Shown: piece by piece, positions 1 to 8,749 of the stretch
How the letters are laid out: each line of letters begins with the position of its first letter
How positions within the stretch are numbered: position 1 is the stretch's first letter
Assembly: GCA_945885515.1 (NCBI GenBank)
Contig: CAMCZA010000001.1
Coordinates: 1 to 60,388 of the forward strand
Length of the DNA: 60,388 nucleotides
Source of the DNA: Ferrithrix thermotolerans DSM 19514
GTDB lineage: Bacteria > Actinomycetota > Acidimicrobiia > Acidimicrobiales > Ilumatobacteraceae
Reading direction: 5' to 3'
Notes under the pieces: generated by a model
The model's input: the letters and a program-made list of their open reading frames with translations, nothing else
Told to the model about the DNA's origin: nothing
Databases searched by the model: none
Program-made: the position numbers and the translations under genes

Positions 1-12
1 AAATATTTAACT

Positions 13-870
13 TTGTTAGAAGTTTCTAAACTTCTAGGTGTTCATTACATGACGGTTTATCGTTATGTTCGCGAGGGAATGTTGCCGGCGGTTCGCGTTG
101 ATCGTGGTTGGCAAGTTGATAAAACTGTGTTAAAAGATTTTCAATTAGCTAAAAAATCAAGCGGCAAAGGAGAATCTAAAGCCCGTCATGGTGGACGTGA
201 TTCGGCAGATTGGGTTGATCGCATTGTTGGGCGGTTGATTGACGGCGATGAGGTGGGTTCAGCGAATATCTTAAATTCGGCACTTCGTAGTGGCCATGAT
301 CTTCAGTTTATTTATGTGGATATTTTGATCCCGGCACTAGTGGATATCGGCGCTCAATGGGAATCTGGCAAGATAGATATTTATGTTGAGCATCGCTCAT
401 CTGAAATTGTTTTTCGTTTGATTGTTCAACTGAGTTTAAAATTTAAGCGTCGTGGACTTGATCGAGGCACGGTAGTTGTTGGAGCGCCAAAGGGAGAACT
501 GCATTCGCTGACAATTGCAATGATCACACATTTATTGCGCTACGAAGGTTGGAATGTTTCTAATCTCGGGGCCGATCTTCCGGCTGATGAGTTTGGCAAA
601 GCGGTAAAGAATCTTCAAAATGTGGTTGGTGTTTGTGTGGTTACGACGATGTCTAGTTCGCTTTCTGAAGCCGCTAAATCAATTTCAGCCGTGCGAAAAG
701 TTTCTAAATCAAATGGTGATAAATCCGCTAAACCGATGGTCAAATGTTTTGTTGGTGGATCAGCGATTCGATCTGATGATCATGCTCAAGAACTTGGCGC
801 TGATAAATGGGTCAAAGACCCTCGAGAGTTGATTGCCGTTCTAGATTCAGTGCTTAGCAAAGCTAGTTAA
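13..870 (+). CDS. HTH (excisionase/MerR-type) plus cobalamin-binding domain regulator, CarH/LitR-like; probably 5' partial
   Basis: N-terminal HTH LLEVSKLLGVHYMTVYRYVREGMLPAVRV. W-x9-EH motif WESGKIDIYVEH at nt 358-393. E-L-H-S-L-T at the ExHxxG/DxHxxG position (nt 496-513). The frame stays open from nt 1 to 13, so the true start may lie left of the window. Confidence 0.7.
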   Translation: MLEVSKLLGVHYMTVYRYVREGMLPAVRVDRGWQVDKTVLKDFQLAKKSSGKGESKARHGGRDSADWVDRIVGRLIDGDEVGSANILNSALRSGHDLQFIYVDILIPALVDIGAQWESGKIDIYVEHRSSEIVFRLIVQLSLKFKRRGLDRGTVVVGAPKGELHSLTIAMITHLLRYEGWNVSNLGADLPADEFGKAVKNLQNVVGVCVVTTMSSSLSEAAKSISAVRKVSKSNGDKSAKPMVKCFVGGSAIRSDDHAQELGADKWVKDPRELIAVLDSVLSKAS

Positions 871-895
871 CAGCGCTAGTTAGCGAGTAGTTACT

Positions 896-911
896 ACGAA
901 CAGGTGTTCGC
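896..911. promoter_or_regulatory. LexA (SOS/Cheo-type) box aCGAACaggtGTTCGc upstream of imuA', abutting a TACAGT -10-like hexamer (912-917) that lies 6 nt before the ATG
   Basis: Palindrome CGAAC-N4-GTTCG at 897-910 matches the Gram-positive/actinobacterial LexA consensus. TANNNT lies 6 nt before ATG 924, which suggests a leaderless transcript. Confidence 0.75.
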
Positions 912-923
912 TACAGTGCTGGT

Positions 924-1598
924 ATGCAACTAGACACTAAACAACGAGTCACAGAACTTCTAGTAAAAAATCAGTTAGTAACAAAACCGCCGGTTGTAGA
1001 GCGCTTAGCTGTTGGCGACAATGTTCGAGACTTGTTGCCCGATTCAGGGTTGGTGCGCGGGCGCATCGTGCGTTGCAGTGGTGACGCAGGTTTATCGCTG
1101 GCGCTTTCACTTTGCTCGCGCGCAACGCAACAAGGTTCGTGGCTCGGTGTTGTCGGTGTAGATCACCTTGGCGTGCTTGCCGCTGTTGAGCATGGTGTCG
1201 CTCTAGAACGAACAGTGTTGGTGCATCCACCTCAGACATCGCGCGAATGGTCGGTCACGGTTGCTGCAGCGATAGAAGGTTTTGATCTATTAATTGTTGC
1301 CGTGCCGGCTCGACTGTCGGCCAACGATGCCAGACGAGTACAGACACGATTGCAGTCTCGTCGTGCAGTGATGATCATTGTCGACAATGCGACGATCTCA
1401 CAATCTGCTGCCAGATCAATTGATGACATAAATCGTTCAAATACATTTCTTGCTGATGTTGTTTTAGATACCAAAACAAAAAGTTGGACTGGTGCTGACA
1501 ATGGTTCTGGATATTTGCAATATCGCGATGTTCATATCAGGGTTAGCGGGCGTCGAGTGGCTCGCGAACGTGAATGTTTGGTTACCCGACCGTGCTAA
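924..1598 (+). CDS. imuA: ImuA'-like SOS mutasome accessory protein (RecA-fold, cell-division-inhibitor-like)
   Basis: 224-aa ORF directly upstream of imuB and dnaE2 and behind a LexA box. Size and position fit the actinobacterial imuA' gene. Confidence 0.65.
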   Translation: MQLDTKQRVTELLVKNQLVTKPPVVERLAVGDNVRDLLPDSGLVRGRIVRCSGDAGLSLALSLCSRATQQGSWLGVVGVDHLGVLAAVEHGVALERTVLVHPPQTSREWSVTVAAAIEGFDLLIVAVPARLSANDARRVQTRLQSRRAVMIIVDNATISQSAARSIDDINRSNTFLADVVLDTKTKSWTGADNGSGYLQYRDVHIRVSGRRVARERECLVTRPC

Positions 1599-1649
1599 CT
1601 AGATAAACGCGACCGTGCCAACCAGATAAATCAGCCAAAAATTATCAGT

Positions 1650-3341
1650 ATGTTCGCATCTCGGCGATTAGCGGTACTGCAATGTCTTGATTGGTCTGCA
1701 GTTGTCGCGGCGAAAAGTTCAAATAAACCGTGTGCAGTCGTGCATGCACAAAGAGTCATATCGCGTACTCCTGGTGCGATGCGTTATGGCGTACAGGTTG
1801 GCATGCGTCGTCGACATGCTCAAGCATTGTGTCCAGATATAGAAATCGTTGCACATCAGCCAAATCGCGATCGTAATGCGTTTGATGCAGTTGTTCGCAA
1901 AGTTAACGAACTTGTACCGCTGATCGAAGTCAGCGAGCCAGGCTTAATTGTGTTCGCCGCGCGAGGTCCATCTAGATATATGGGTGGTGACGAGATGATG
2001 GCATCAAAAATAGTTGAAGCGCTCAAGACTTTGGTTGCCAGCGAGTTATTGATTGGTGTGGGCGTTGCTGACAGTCGTTTGGCTGCGCATATTGCTGCGA
2101 GCGCCAGTGCCAGCAATAGTGCTAGCAGTAACTCAAATTTATTTGCGCCGTATGTAGTTGAGCCAAATAAAACTAGTGAGTGGCTTGCCCCGCAATCTGT
2201 GCGGGTACTCAGCGAATTCGCAAACGTTAATCGTGAAACTGTTTCACTGCTTGAGCGACTCGGGCTCAACACGCTGCGAGATGTCTGTGCTCTCAGCGAG
2301 TCTGTTTTGGCGGGCCGATTTGGTGAGTTAGGTTTTGAACTGCATCGGCTTGCGCGGGGCGACGAGCAACATCAACTTGTTGTGGTAGCGCCGCCACCAG
2401 AGCATCTTTGTGTCGAGAAGTTTGATCAGCCAGTTAGCGATCAACAAATCGTAATCAACAGCGTGCAGAGGATGGCCAGCGCATTTACCGAGTATTTTTC
2501 GGTTAATGGCGCTGTTTGCGTGCGAATTGTCATCGCATTCGAATTAGAAAACGGCAAGCGTTTTGAGCGACTGTGGTATCGCCAGCAAGGATTAACCGCA
2601 AGCGCGATTGTCGAGAGCGCAAAGTGGCAACTTGAAGCATCGCTGACTAGCAAATTCGCTAGTGAACTTGCTAGTGAACTCGCCAGCAACGGCCTAGTTC
2701 GCGTGCAGTTAATTGCCGATGAAGTGCGTGTCGATACAGCGCGTCAACTTAAGTTGTGGGGTGGCAGCACGCAAACTGACGAAACAGCAACACAGGCAAT
2801 TGGTCGATTAAGCGAATTGCTGGGTTCTGCTGCTGTGCAAGTTTTTAAGTGGCAAGGTGGACGCGATCTGTTAGATAGCTATCAACTTGTTTCAGCAACG
2901 CACACTCAAACTATCGGCAGTAGTGACAACACTGAACAACCAGCAGTGTCAAAATGGCGTGGTGCGTTGCCTACGCCGTCACCGAGCGTTGTTTATCCTG
3001 AGCCAGTTCAAGCCCAGATAAATGACCAATTCGGAAAGTTGTTAAGTGTCAGCGCACGCCATGAGTTAAGCGCATCGCCAGTCACTGTAATTATCGGCGC
3101 GACACACTACAAAGTAAATTCATGGGCAGGGCCTTGGCCAGTTGAAGAGCACTGGTGGGATATTGCTCGCAATCGGCGATTAGTGAGGCTGCAATTAGTC
3201 TGCGAAAAAATTCAATCAAAGAAAACCGCGACAGAAAATACTGCGACGGGCAAAGTCTCAATAGATAGCGCGGCACAAGTTTTAGCAATGTTGGTAATAC
3301 TTGAACACGGCGAGTGGACAGTTGCAGCAATATACAACTAG
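1650..3341 (+). CDS. imuB: ImuB, catalytically inactive Y-family polymerase-like mutasome subunit
   Basis: The N-terminus LAVLQCLDWSAV resembles ImuB LWCPDWP rather than the DinB catalytic DMD motif. Beta-clamp motif QLKLWG at nt 2745-2762. Located between imuA' and dnaE2. Confidence 0.8.
   Translation: MFASRRLAVLQCLDWSAVVAAKSSNKPCAVVHAQRVISRTPGAMRYGVQVGMRRRHAQALCPDIEIVAHQPNRDRNAFDAVVRKVNELVPLIEVSEPGLIVFAARGPSRYMGGDEMMASKIVEALKTLVASELLIGVGVADSRLAAHIAASASASNSASSNSNLFAPYVVEPNKTSEWLAPQSVRVLSEFANVNRETVSLLERLGLNTLRDVCALSESVLAGRFGELGFELHRLARGDEQHQLVVVAPPPEHLCVEKFDQPVSDQQIVINSVQRMASAFTEYFSVNGAVCVRIVIAFELENGKRFERLWYRQQGLTASAIVESAKWQLEASLTSKFASELASELASNGLVRVQLIADEVRVDTARQLKLWGGSTQTDETATQAIGRLSELLGSAAVQVFKWQGGRDLLDSYQLVSATHTQTIGSSDNTEQPAVSKWRGALPTPSPSVVYPEPVQAQINDQFGKLLSVSARHELSASPVTVIIGATHYKVNSWAGPWPVEEHWWDIARNRRLVRLQLVCEKIQSKKTATENTATGKVSIDSAAQVLAMLVILEHGEWTVAAIYN
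2658..2687 (+). repeat. In-frame 12-bp tandem repeat (gctagtgaactt x2.5) encoding ASEL-ASEL-AS inside imuB
   Basis: Direct reading: gctagtgaactt gctagtgaactc gccagc. Confidence 0.8.
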
Positions 3342-3916
3342 TTGTATCAAGCGATATTGTGCAGTTGATGGTTCTTGACGCAGGCATTGAATTTGTGGCT
3401 AAGTTTTGTGCAGATCTGGCAACACACACACCAATAGACGATCGTGAGCGAGAGTCAATCAAAGTATTTCGCGAACTTGCTCCATTGTTGAGCGCACCAT
3501 TTGATGAACACAGCGACACAACACATGTGACTGGCTCGGCGATTGTTGTTGGCGCACCAGGTGTGGTGTTGCATTTGCACAAACGCTTGAACATGTGGCT
3601 GCAACCAGGTGGACACATTGATGCCAGCGAATCAGTTGATCAAGCAGCAATGCGCGAAGCCCGTGAAGAAACTGGTTTACAGTTGCAACACTTTTTAGGC
3701 TTGCCCAAATTTATTCATCTTGATGTTCACCCCGGCCCACGCGGACACACTCATTTAGATGTTCGATTTTTATTGATTGCCGACAACGAAACTTTTGCTC
3801 CAGCCGAAGGCGAAAGTCAGCAAGTTAAATGGTTTAGTTTTGACGAGGCATTGCAGGCCTCTGAAGACGGGGCTCGTGGGGCGATTCGTGTTGCCCGCCA
3901 AATCGTCAATAGATAA
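3314..3916 (+). CDS. Nudix hydrolase (MutT-like); start uncertain (GTG 3314 overlapping the imuB stop, or ATG 3368)
   Basis: Nudix box GGHIDASESVDQAAMREAREETGL (G-x5-E-x7-REUxEExGU). Confidence 0.8.
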   Translation: MDSCSNIQLVVSSDIVQLMVLDAGIEFVAKFCADLATHTPIDDRERESIKVFRELAPLLSAPFDEHSDTTHVTGSAIVVGAPGVVLHLHKRLNMWLQPGGHIDASESVDQAAMREAREETGLQLQHFLGLPKFIHLDVHPGPRGHTHLDVRFLLIADNETFAPAEGESQQVKWFSFDEALQASEDGARGAIRVARQIVNR

Positions 3917-3939
3917 GCGGTTTACACTCGCTGGTTAGT

Positions 3940-3955
3940 ACGAACATATGTTCGC
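3940..3955. promoter_or_regulatory. Second LexA box aCGAACatatGTTCGc upstream of dnaE2, abutting a TACGAT -10-like hexamer (3956-3961) that lies 6 nt before the ATG
   Basis: CGAAC-N4-GTTCG at 3941-3954. Spacing to the start codon is identical to the imuA' module. Confidence 0.75.
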
Positions 3956-3967
3956 TACGATAAGCCA

Positions 3968-6900
3968 ATGGTTGATTATGCCGAATTGCATTGTCGATCA
4001 AACTTTTCGTTTTTATACGGGGCTTCACATCCTGAGCAACTTGTCGAGTCGGCAGTTGATAATCAGTTGAGTGCGCTTGCGCTGACCGATCGCAACGGAT
4101 TTTATGGTGTCGTAAAGTTCGCCCAAGCGGCTCGCGGGTTTGGGCTGCCAACTTTGTTTGGTGTTGAACTGACTTGTTCTAATCAGCACAGTGATACCAG
4201 CAGCAGTGATCCACAAATTGTTTTGATCGCTGATGGTCAATCTGGTTATTCGCGACTATCGCATGCGATAACTATTGGCCAGTTAGCGGGCTCAAAGTCT
4301 GCACCTGTTTTTGATACGGCAAAAATCGCCGAAGATGTGGCTGGTCAATGTTGGGTCTTGACGGGAGCAAGTAGTGGCATAGTCAATCAAGCGCTCGAAC
4401 AACACGGACCAGAGGCGGCTTCGCGTCGGTTGCAAAAACTCGTTAGCGAATTCGGTCGCGACCGAGTGTTGGTCGAATTATGTGATCATGGCGACCCACT
4501 TGATTCAACACGCAACGATGCACTCGTGCAGTTGGCGATGCGAAATAATTTGCAGTGTGTTGCCACTAACGATGTCAGTTATGCATCGCTACGTGAGTAT
4601 CGGCTAGCAGTTGCGCTGGCAGCAGTTAGGCAACGCGCAAGTCTTGACGAGATTGATATTCATTTGCCCCCTGCTCCAAGTGCATATATTCGTAGCGGCA
4701 AAGAGCAGCTTCGGCGGTTTCGTCGGTATCCGGGGGTCATCGAACTGACAGGCGAGATAGCAAAATTATCGGCGTTTGATTTGTCTTTAGTTGCGCCGAA
4801 ACTTCCACCGTTTATTTGCCCAGATGGATTAGATGAAATTTCATATTTGCGTTTACTCGCCGAACAAGGAGCAACTCGCAGATATGGGTCGCGACCTGTG
4901 AGCAACATTGAAGATCTTTCGTTGCGCGCCAGAGCATGGAAGACGATTGATAACGAACTAAATGTCATTGAGCGACTTGGGTTTGCCGGCTATTTCTTGG
5001 TCGTTTGGGACATCGTGCGGTTTTGTCAGCGTTCAAATATATTTTGTCAAGGTCGGGGAAGCGCGGCCAACAGCGCGGTTTGCTTTGCCCTAGATATAAC
5101 CAAAGCCGATGCCGTTTCGCTGGGTTTGTTGTTTGAGCGATTCTTATCGACTGAGCGTGATGGCCCACCAGATATCGATATAGATATTGAAAGCGGACGG
5201 CGAGAAGAAGTTATTCAATATGTTTTCAACCGCTACGACCGACATCATGCCGCACAAGTTGCCAATGTGATCACATATCGCTCACGCTCGGCAATTCGCG
5301 ATATGGCCAGGGCGCTTGGTTTTGCTCCGGGTCAGCAAGACGCATGGAGCAAGCAAGTCGGAATGTTTGGCTCACTGTCAAACTCTGAAAACACACAACA
5401 TGAAATACCGACCCAAGTAGTAGATCTTGCTCGCCAAGTTTTAGACGCACCACGACATTTAGGCGTTCACTCTGGGGGCATGGTGATTTGTGATCGCCCC
5501 GTCAGTGAAGTTTGTCCTGTTGAGTGGGCACGAATGAAAGATCGCAGTGTGTTGCAATGGGATAAAGACGACTGCGCAACGATTGGTCTTGTCAAGTTCG
5601 ATTTACTCGGTCTAGGAATGCTTTCTGCGCTACATAACGCGGTTGATTTAATTGCCGAATTTCGTGGTGAAAAAATTGATTTGGCAACGATTCCACAAGA
5701 AGACGAGGTCTATTCAATGTTGTGTCGTGCTGACACAGTTGGCGTTTTTCAAATCGAGTCGCGCGCCCAAATGGCAACACTGCCAAGACTCAAACCAAGA
5801 AGGTTTTATGACCTGGTCGTTGAAGTCGCGCTAATTCGTCCTGGCCCAATTCAGGGAGGTTCAGTTCATCCATATATTCGTCGTCGCAATGGTCAAGAAC
5901 CAGTGACTTATTTACATCCACTATTAGAAAACAGTTTAGGAAAAACACTGGGCGTGCCGTTGTTTCAAGAACAGTTAATGCAAATGGCAATTGACGTCGC
6001 AGGTTTCACTGCTACTCAAGCCGACGAGTTGCGTCAAGCGATGGGTTCAAAGCGTTCGCAGGTGCGCATGGAGCGACTTCGTCAGCGACTATATGACGGC
6101 ATGTCAAAACATGGGATCATTGGCACGGTTGCCGATGAGATTTTTGAAAAAATGCAAGCGTTTTCTAGTTATGGGTTTCCTGAAAGTCATTCTGTTTCGT
6201 TTGCATATCTTGTTTATGCCTCTTCATGGATCAAATATCACGAACCTGCTGCGTTTTATGCGGCACTATTAAATTCGCAACCGATGGGTTTTTGGTCGCC
6301 GCATTCGCTTGTGCAAGATGCTCGCCGACATGGTGTTGTAGTTCATGGCCCAGATTTAAATGCATCCAAAGCCGGCGCAACTTTAGAACCGTGTCACGAG
6401 TCAACTGGCGGGTTCGCGGTGCGACTCGGAATCTCCGGTGTGCGTGGTGTTGGCTACGAACTGGCATGCACAATAGAAACAGCGCGGCCTTTTGCAAATA
6501 TGGAAGACCTCGTGCGTCGAGTACCGCAACTGAATCTCTCACAGATTGAAACACTGGCAACAGCAGGTGTCTATACACAATGTTTTGGCATATCTCGGCG
6601 AGATGCATTGTGGTCAGCAGGTGCAGTAATCCAAAGTCGCCCAGATCGTCTTGCTGGGGTTACTACGGGCAGCGATTCACCCCAATTGCCTGGCATGCAA
6701 CCAATTGAAGAGTCAATTTGTGATCTTTGGTCAACAGGTATTTCTGTTGATGGGCATCCAACTCAGTTCGTGCGCAGTCAGTTGAGCAAACTTGGTGTGC
6801 TTACGGCGAGCGAACTGCCAAATGTCGAAAATGGCTCACGAATATTTATAGGTGGTGTTGTTACGCATCGACAACGCCCGTCAACTGCACGGGGTGTGAC

Positions 6901-7108
6901 ATTCATAAGTCTTGAAGACGAAACTGGCCTAATAAATGTGATTGTCTCACAAGGTTGTTGGCGACGCTTTCGTCACGCTGCAATTAACGCATCAGCACTA
7001 GTAGTTCGAGGGAGAATCGAATCTGCTCACGGAGTAGTAAATATCGTCGCCGAACATTTAAGCGAACTAAATATTGTTGTTGGCGTCAGTTCAAGAGATT
7101 TTCGCTGA
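3968..7108 (+). CDS. dnaE2: Error-prone DNA polymerase III alpha-like DnaE2 (ImuC)
   Basis: 1046 aa. PHP N-terminus YAELHCRSNFSFLYGAS, a Pol III alpha core and a C-terminal OB fold. Sits in the SOS-box and imuA'B context. Confidence 0.9.
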   Translation: MVDYAELHCRSNFSFLYGASHPEQLVESAVDNQLSALALTDRNGFYGVVKFAQAARGFGLPTLFGVELTCSNQHSDTSSSDPQIVLIADGQSGYSRLSHAITIGQLAGSKSAPVFDTAKIAEDVAGQCWVLTGASSGIVNQALEQHGPEAASRRLQKLVSEFGRDRVLVELCDHGDPLDSTRNDALVQLAMRNNLQCVATNDVSYASLREYRLAVALAAVRQRASLDEIDIHLPPAPSAYIRSGKEQLRRFRRYPGVIELTGEIAKLSAFDLSLVAPKLPPFICPDGLDEISYLRLLAEQGATRRYGSRPVSNIEDLSLRARAWKTIDNELNVIERLGFAGYFLVVWDIVRFCQRSNIFCQGRGSAANSAVCFALDITKADAVSLGLLFERFLSTERDGPPDIDIDIESGRREEVIQYVFNRYDRHHAAQVANVITYRSRSAIRDMARALGFAPGQQDAWSKQVGMFGSLSNSENTQHEIPTQVVDLARQVLDAPRHLGVHSGGMVICDRPVSEVCPVEWARMKDRSVLQWDKDDCATIGLVKFDLLGLGMLSALHNAVDLIAEFRGEKIDLATIPQEDEVYSMLCRADTVGVFQIESRAQMATLPRLKPRRFYDLVVEVALIRPGPIQGGSVHPYIRRRNGQEPVTYLHPLLENSLGKTLGVPLFQEQLMQMAIDVAGFTATQADELRQAMGSKRSQVRMERLRQRLYDGMSKHGIIGTVADEIFEKMQAFSSYGFPESHSVSFAYLVYASSWIKYHEPAAFYAALLNSQPMGFWSPHSLVQDARRHGVVVHGPDLNASKAGATLEPCHESTGGFAVRLGISGVRGVGYELACTIETARPFANMEDLVRRVPQLNLSQIETLATAGVYTQCFGISRRDALWSAGAVIQSRPDRLAGVTTGSDSPQLPGMQPIEESICDLWSTGISVDGHPTQFVRSQLSKLGVLTASELPNVENGSRIFIGGVVTHRQRPSTARGVTFISLEDETGLINVIVSQGCWRRFRHAAINASALVVRGRIESAHGVVNIVAEHLSELNIVVGVSSRDFR

Positions 7109-7717
7109 AGCAGCAACTACTCCAAGCATGACAAACACGACCCCAGCGATGTATCGCTGAATAAATGGCAGTGTTTTCCCCCTGACAAGTATTTCGCGAA
7201 GTGAACTTGCGGTAAGTGCGTAGGTTCCGTCGGTGATGAACCCGCAAATCACGAACACGGCACCAAGTATCAGTGCTTGAAGTGCACTCGAACTTTTGTC
7301 TTGGTCAATAAACTGCGGAAGAAATGAAATAAAGAACAGCGCAACTTTTGGGTTGAGAGTGTTGATAATAAAACCTTGACGGAATGCCTGAAAATTGGTC
7401 ATCGAACTAGCCAGTGAGGCAATCGCCGCAGGCTGACGCAGCAGCGTGCGCAAACCGACAGATATTAGGTACAACGCACCAAGATATTTGACGGCATTGA
7501 ACGCACTGGGTGATGCAGCAAGAATTGCTGAAAGTCCGGCGGTGGCCGCCAACACGTGCATAAATGTGCCAAGTTCGATACCCGCTACGGCCGCAAGTCC
7601 GATAGACCGACCATCCGAAACGCTGCGATTGACAATGTATAAAACTGCGGGACCAGGAATAACAAGTAATGCAAAAGATGCAATTGCAAACGAGATGAGA
7701 GAGTTGCTGTCGGGCAT
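7091..7717 (-). CDS. LysE/RhtB family amino-acid exporter
   Basis: 208 aa with about 6 TM segments. The N-terminus FALLVIPGPAVLYIV is typical of the LysE family. It overlaps the dnaE2 3' end convergently by 18 nt. Confidence 0.75.
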   Translation of the reverse strand: MPDSNSLISFAIASFALLVIPGPAVLYIVNRSVSDGRSIGLAAVAGIELGTFMHVLAATAGLSAILAASPSAFNAVKYLGALYLISVGLRTLLRQPAAIASLASSMTNFQAFRQGFIINTLNPKVALFFISFLPQFIDQDKSSSALQALILGAVFVICGFITDGTYALTASSLREILVRGKTLPFIQRYIAGVVFVMLGVVAASAKIS

Positions 7718-8059
7718 CTATTCGTCTGGCTGTTCGTTCAAACCGTCGTTGAAGCCTCGGTACATTTCGTAAATTTCTTTGCAAGCCTGACACATCGGCA
7801 ATTGTTTTGGATCGCGCGATGGCACCCAGACATGTCCGCATAGTGCTTCAACTGGCGTGCCATTAATTCGGGCTTCAAGAACTTTGGCTGCAGCCGACTC
7901 GTCGCCTTCTGTTTTAACAATATGGGCCACCAATGGTTTGCCGGTTTGCAAAACATGTTCGGTTTGACGATCAATGACCGTGCTCGGTGATGTCTCAATC
8001 GAAGATAACGGCGCTGATAACGGCACTGATAACACGGTTAATTTTACGGCTGAGTGCAC
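7718..8059 (-). CDS. DUF3039-type conserved actinobacterial protein (start uncertain, GTG)
   Basis: The C-terminal signature ALCGHVWVPSRDPKQLPMCQACKEIYEMY is typical of DUF3039. Confidence 0.6.
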   Translation of the reverse strand: MHSAVKLTVLSVPLSAPLSSIETSPSTVIDRQTEHVLQTGKPLVAHIVKTEGDESAAAKVLEARINGTPVEALCGHVWVPSRDPKQLPMCQACKEIYEMYRGFNDGLNEQPDE

Positions 8060-8099
8060 GATTCATTAAACCATGTTTGCTCGCATCTAGACTGTGATT

Positions 8100-8327
8100 A
8101 TGCCCGTGTATGAGTTTCGATGCCGAACATGTGACGAGACTTTTGAAGAGCGTCGCGCAATGTCGCAGGCCAACGAGCCAGCAAAGTGCGCGCAAGGCCA
8201 CGAGAACTCTGTACGTCTACTTTCGGTCTTCGCCTCTGTTGGTGGCGGATCTAGTGCCAGCGCGGCGCCGTCAATGCCAGCGCCAAAAATGGGTGGTTGC
8301 GGTTCTGGCTGCGGCTGCCATAGCTAA
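8100..8327 (+). CDS. FmdB-family zinc-ribbon putative regulatory protein
   Basis: MPVYEFRCRTCDETFE ... KCAQGH (CxxC zinc ribbon) with a Gly/Cys-rich tail. ATG 8100 is preferred over the upstream GTG 8094. Confidence 0.75.
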   Translation: MPVYEFRCRTCDETFEERRAMSQANEPAKCAQGHENSVRLLSVFASVGGGSSASAAPSMPAPKMGGCGSGCGCHS

Positions 8328-8726
8328 TCAATTTAGACAGTACACATTGCCTTTGGCGACGATGAACCAATCAACTAGTGCGATGCCTGCATCTTGACAG
8401 CGAGTCTTTGCCAACTTGAATTGAACTTCGTCCGTCAATTGTTGACCAAGACCAGATCGACAAGTACACAAGCAAATTGTCACAACTGACTCGATGTTGA
8501 TCGCCGAGCCAATAACTCGATCAATTATTGCGGTGAGTTGAAGTTTCGAGTCGAAGGCGAAAATGCCGACGCCTCGTTGAAGTTCGTCGCAACAAAGGAT
8601 GATTGTTTCGTCTCGCAGTGGCCGCATCAACGCCAACGAAAACACGGATAACTTCTCGGACTGGGTCAAAATTGGGTCTAGTTGCGCGCGTGGCACATCG
8701 ATTGGTGGTGTAATTGTTTCAAGCAT
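8328..8726 (-). CDS. RadC/JAB(MPN)-like domain protein with a degenerate metal motif
   Basis: The pattern ETIILCCDELQRG...VVTICLCTCRSGLGQQLTDE...GIALVDWFIVAKGNVYC runs parallel to the RadC pattern REvf.v.LD...aliLaHNHPSG..ePS..D...gi.vlDHiiv..g.y.Sf. This alignment was made by eye only. Confidence 0.4.
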   Translation of the reverse strand: MLETITPPIDVPRAQLDPILTQSEKLSVFSLALMRPLRDETIILCCDELQRGVGIFAFDSKLQLTAIIDRVIGSAINIESVVTICLCTCRSGLGQQLTDEVQFKLAKTRCQDAGIALVDWFIVAKGNVYCLN

Positions 8727-8749
8727 TGCCCAACAGTAACGCGAGGGTG

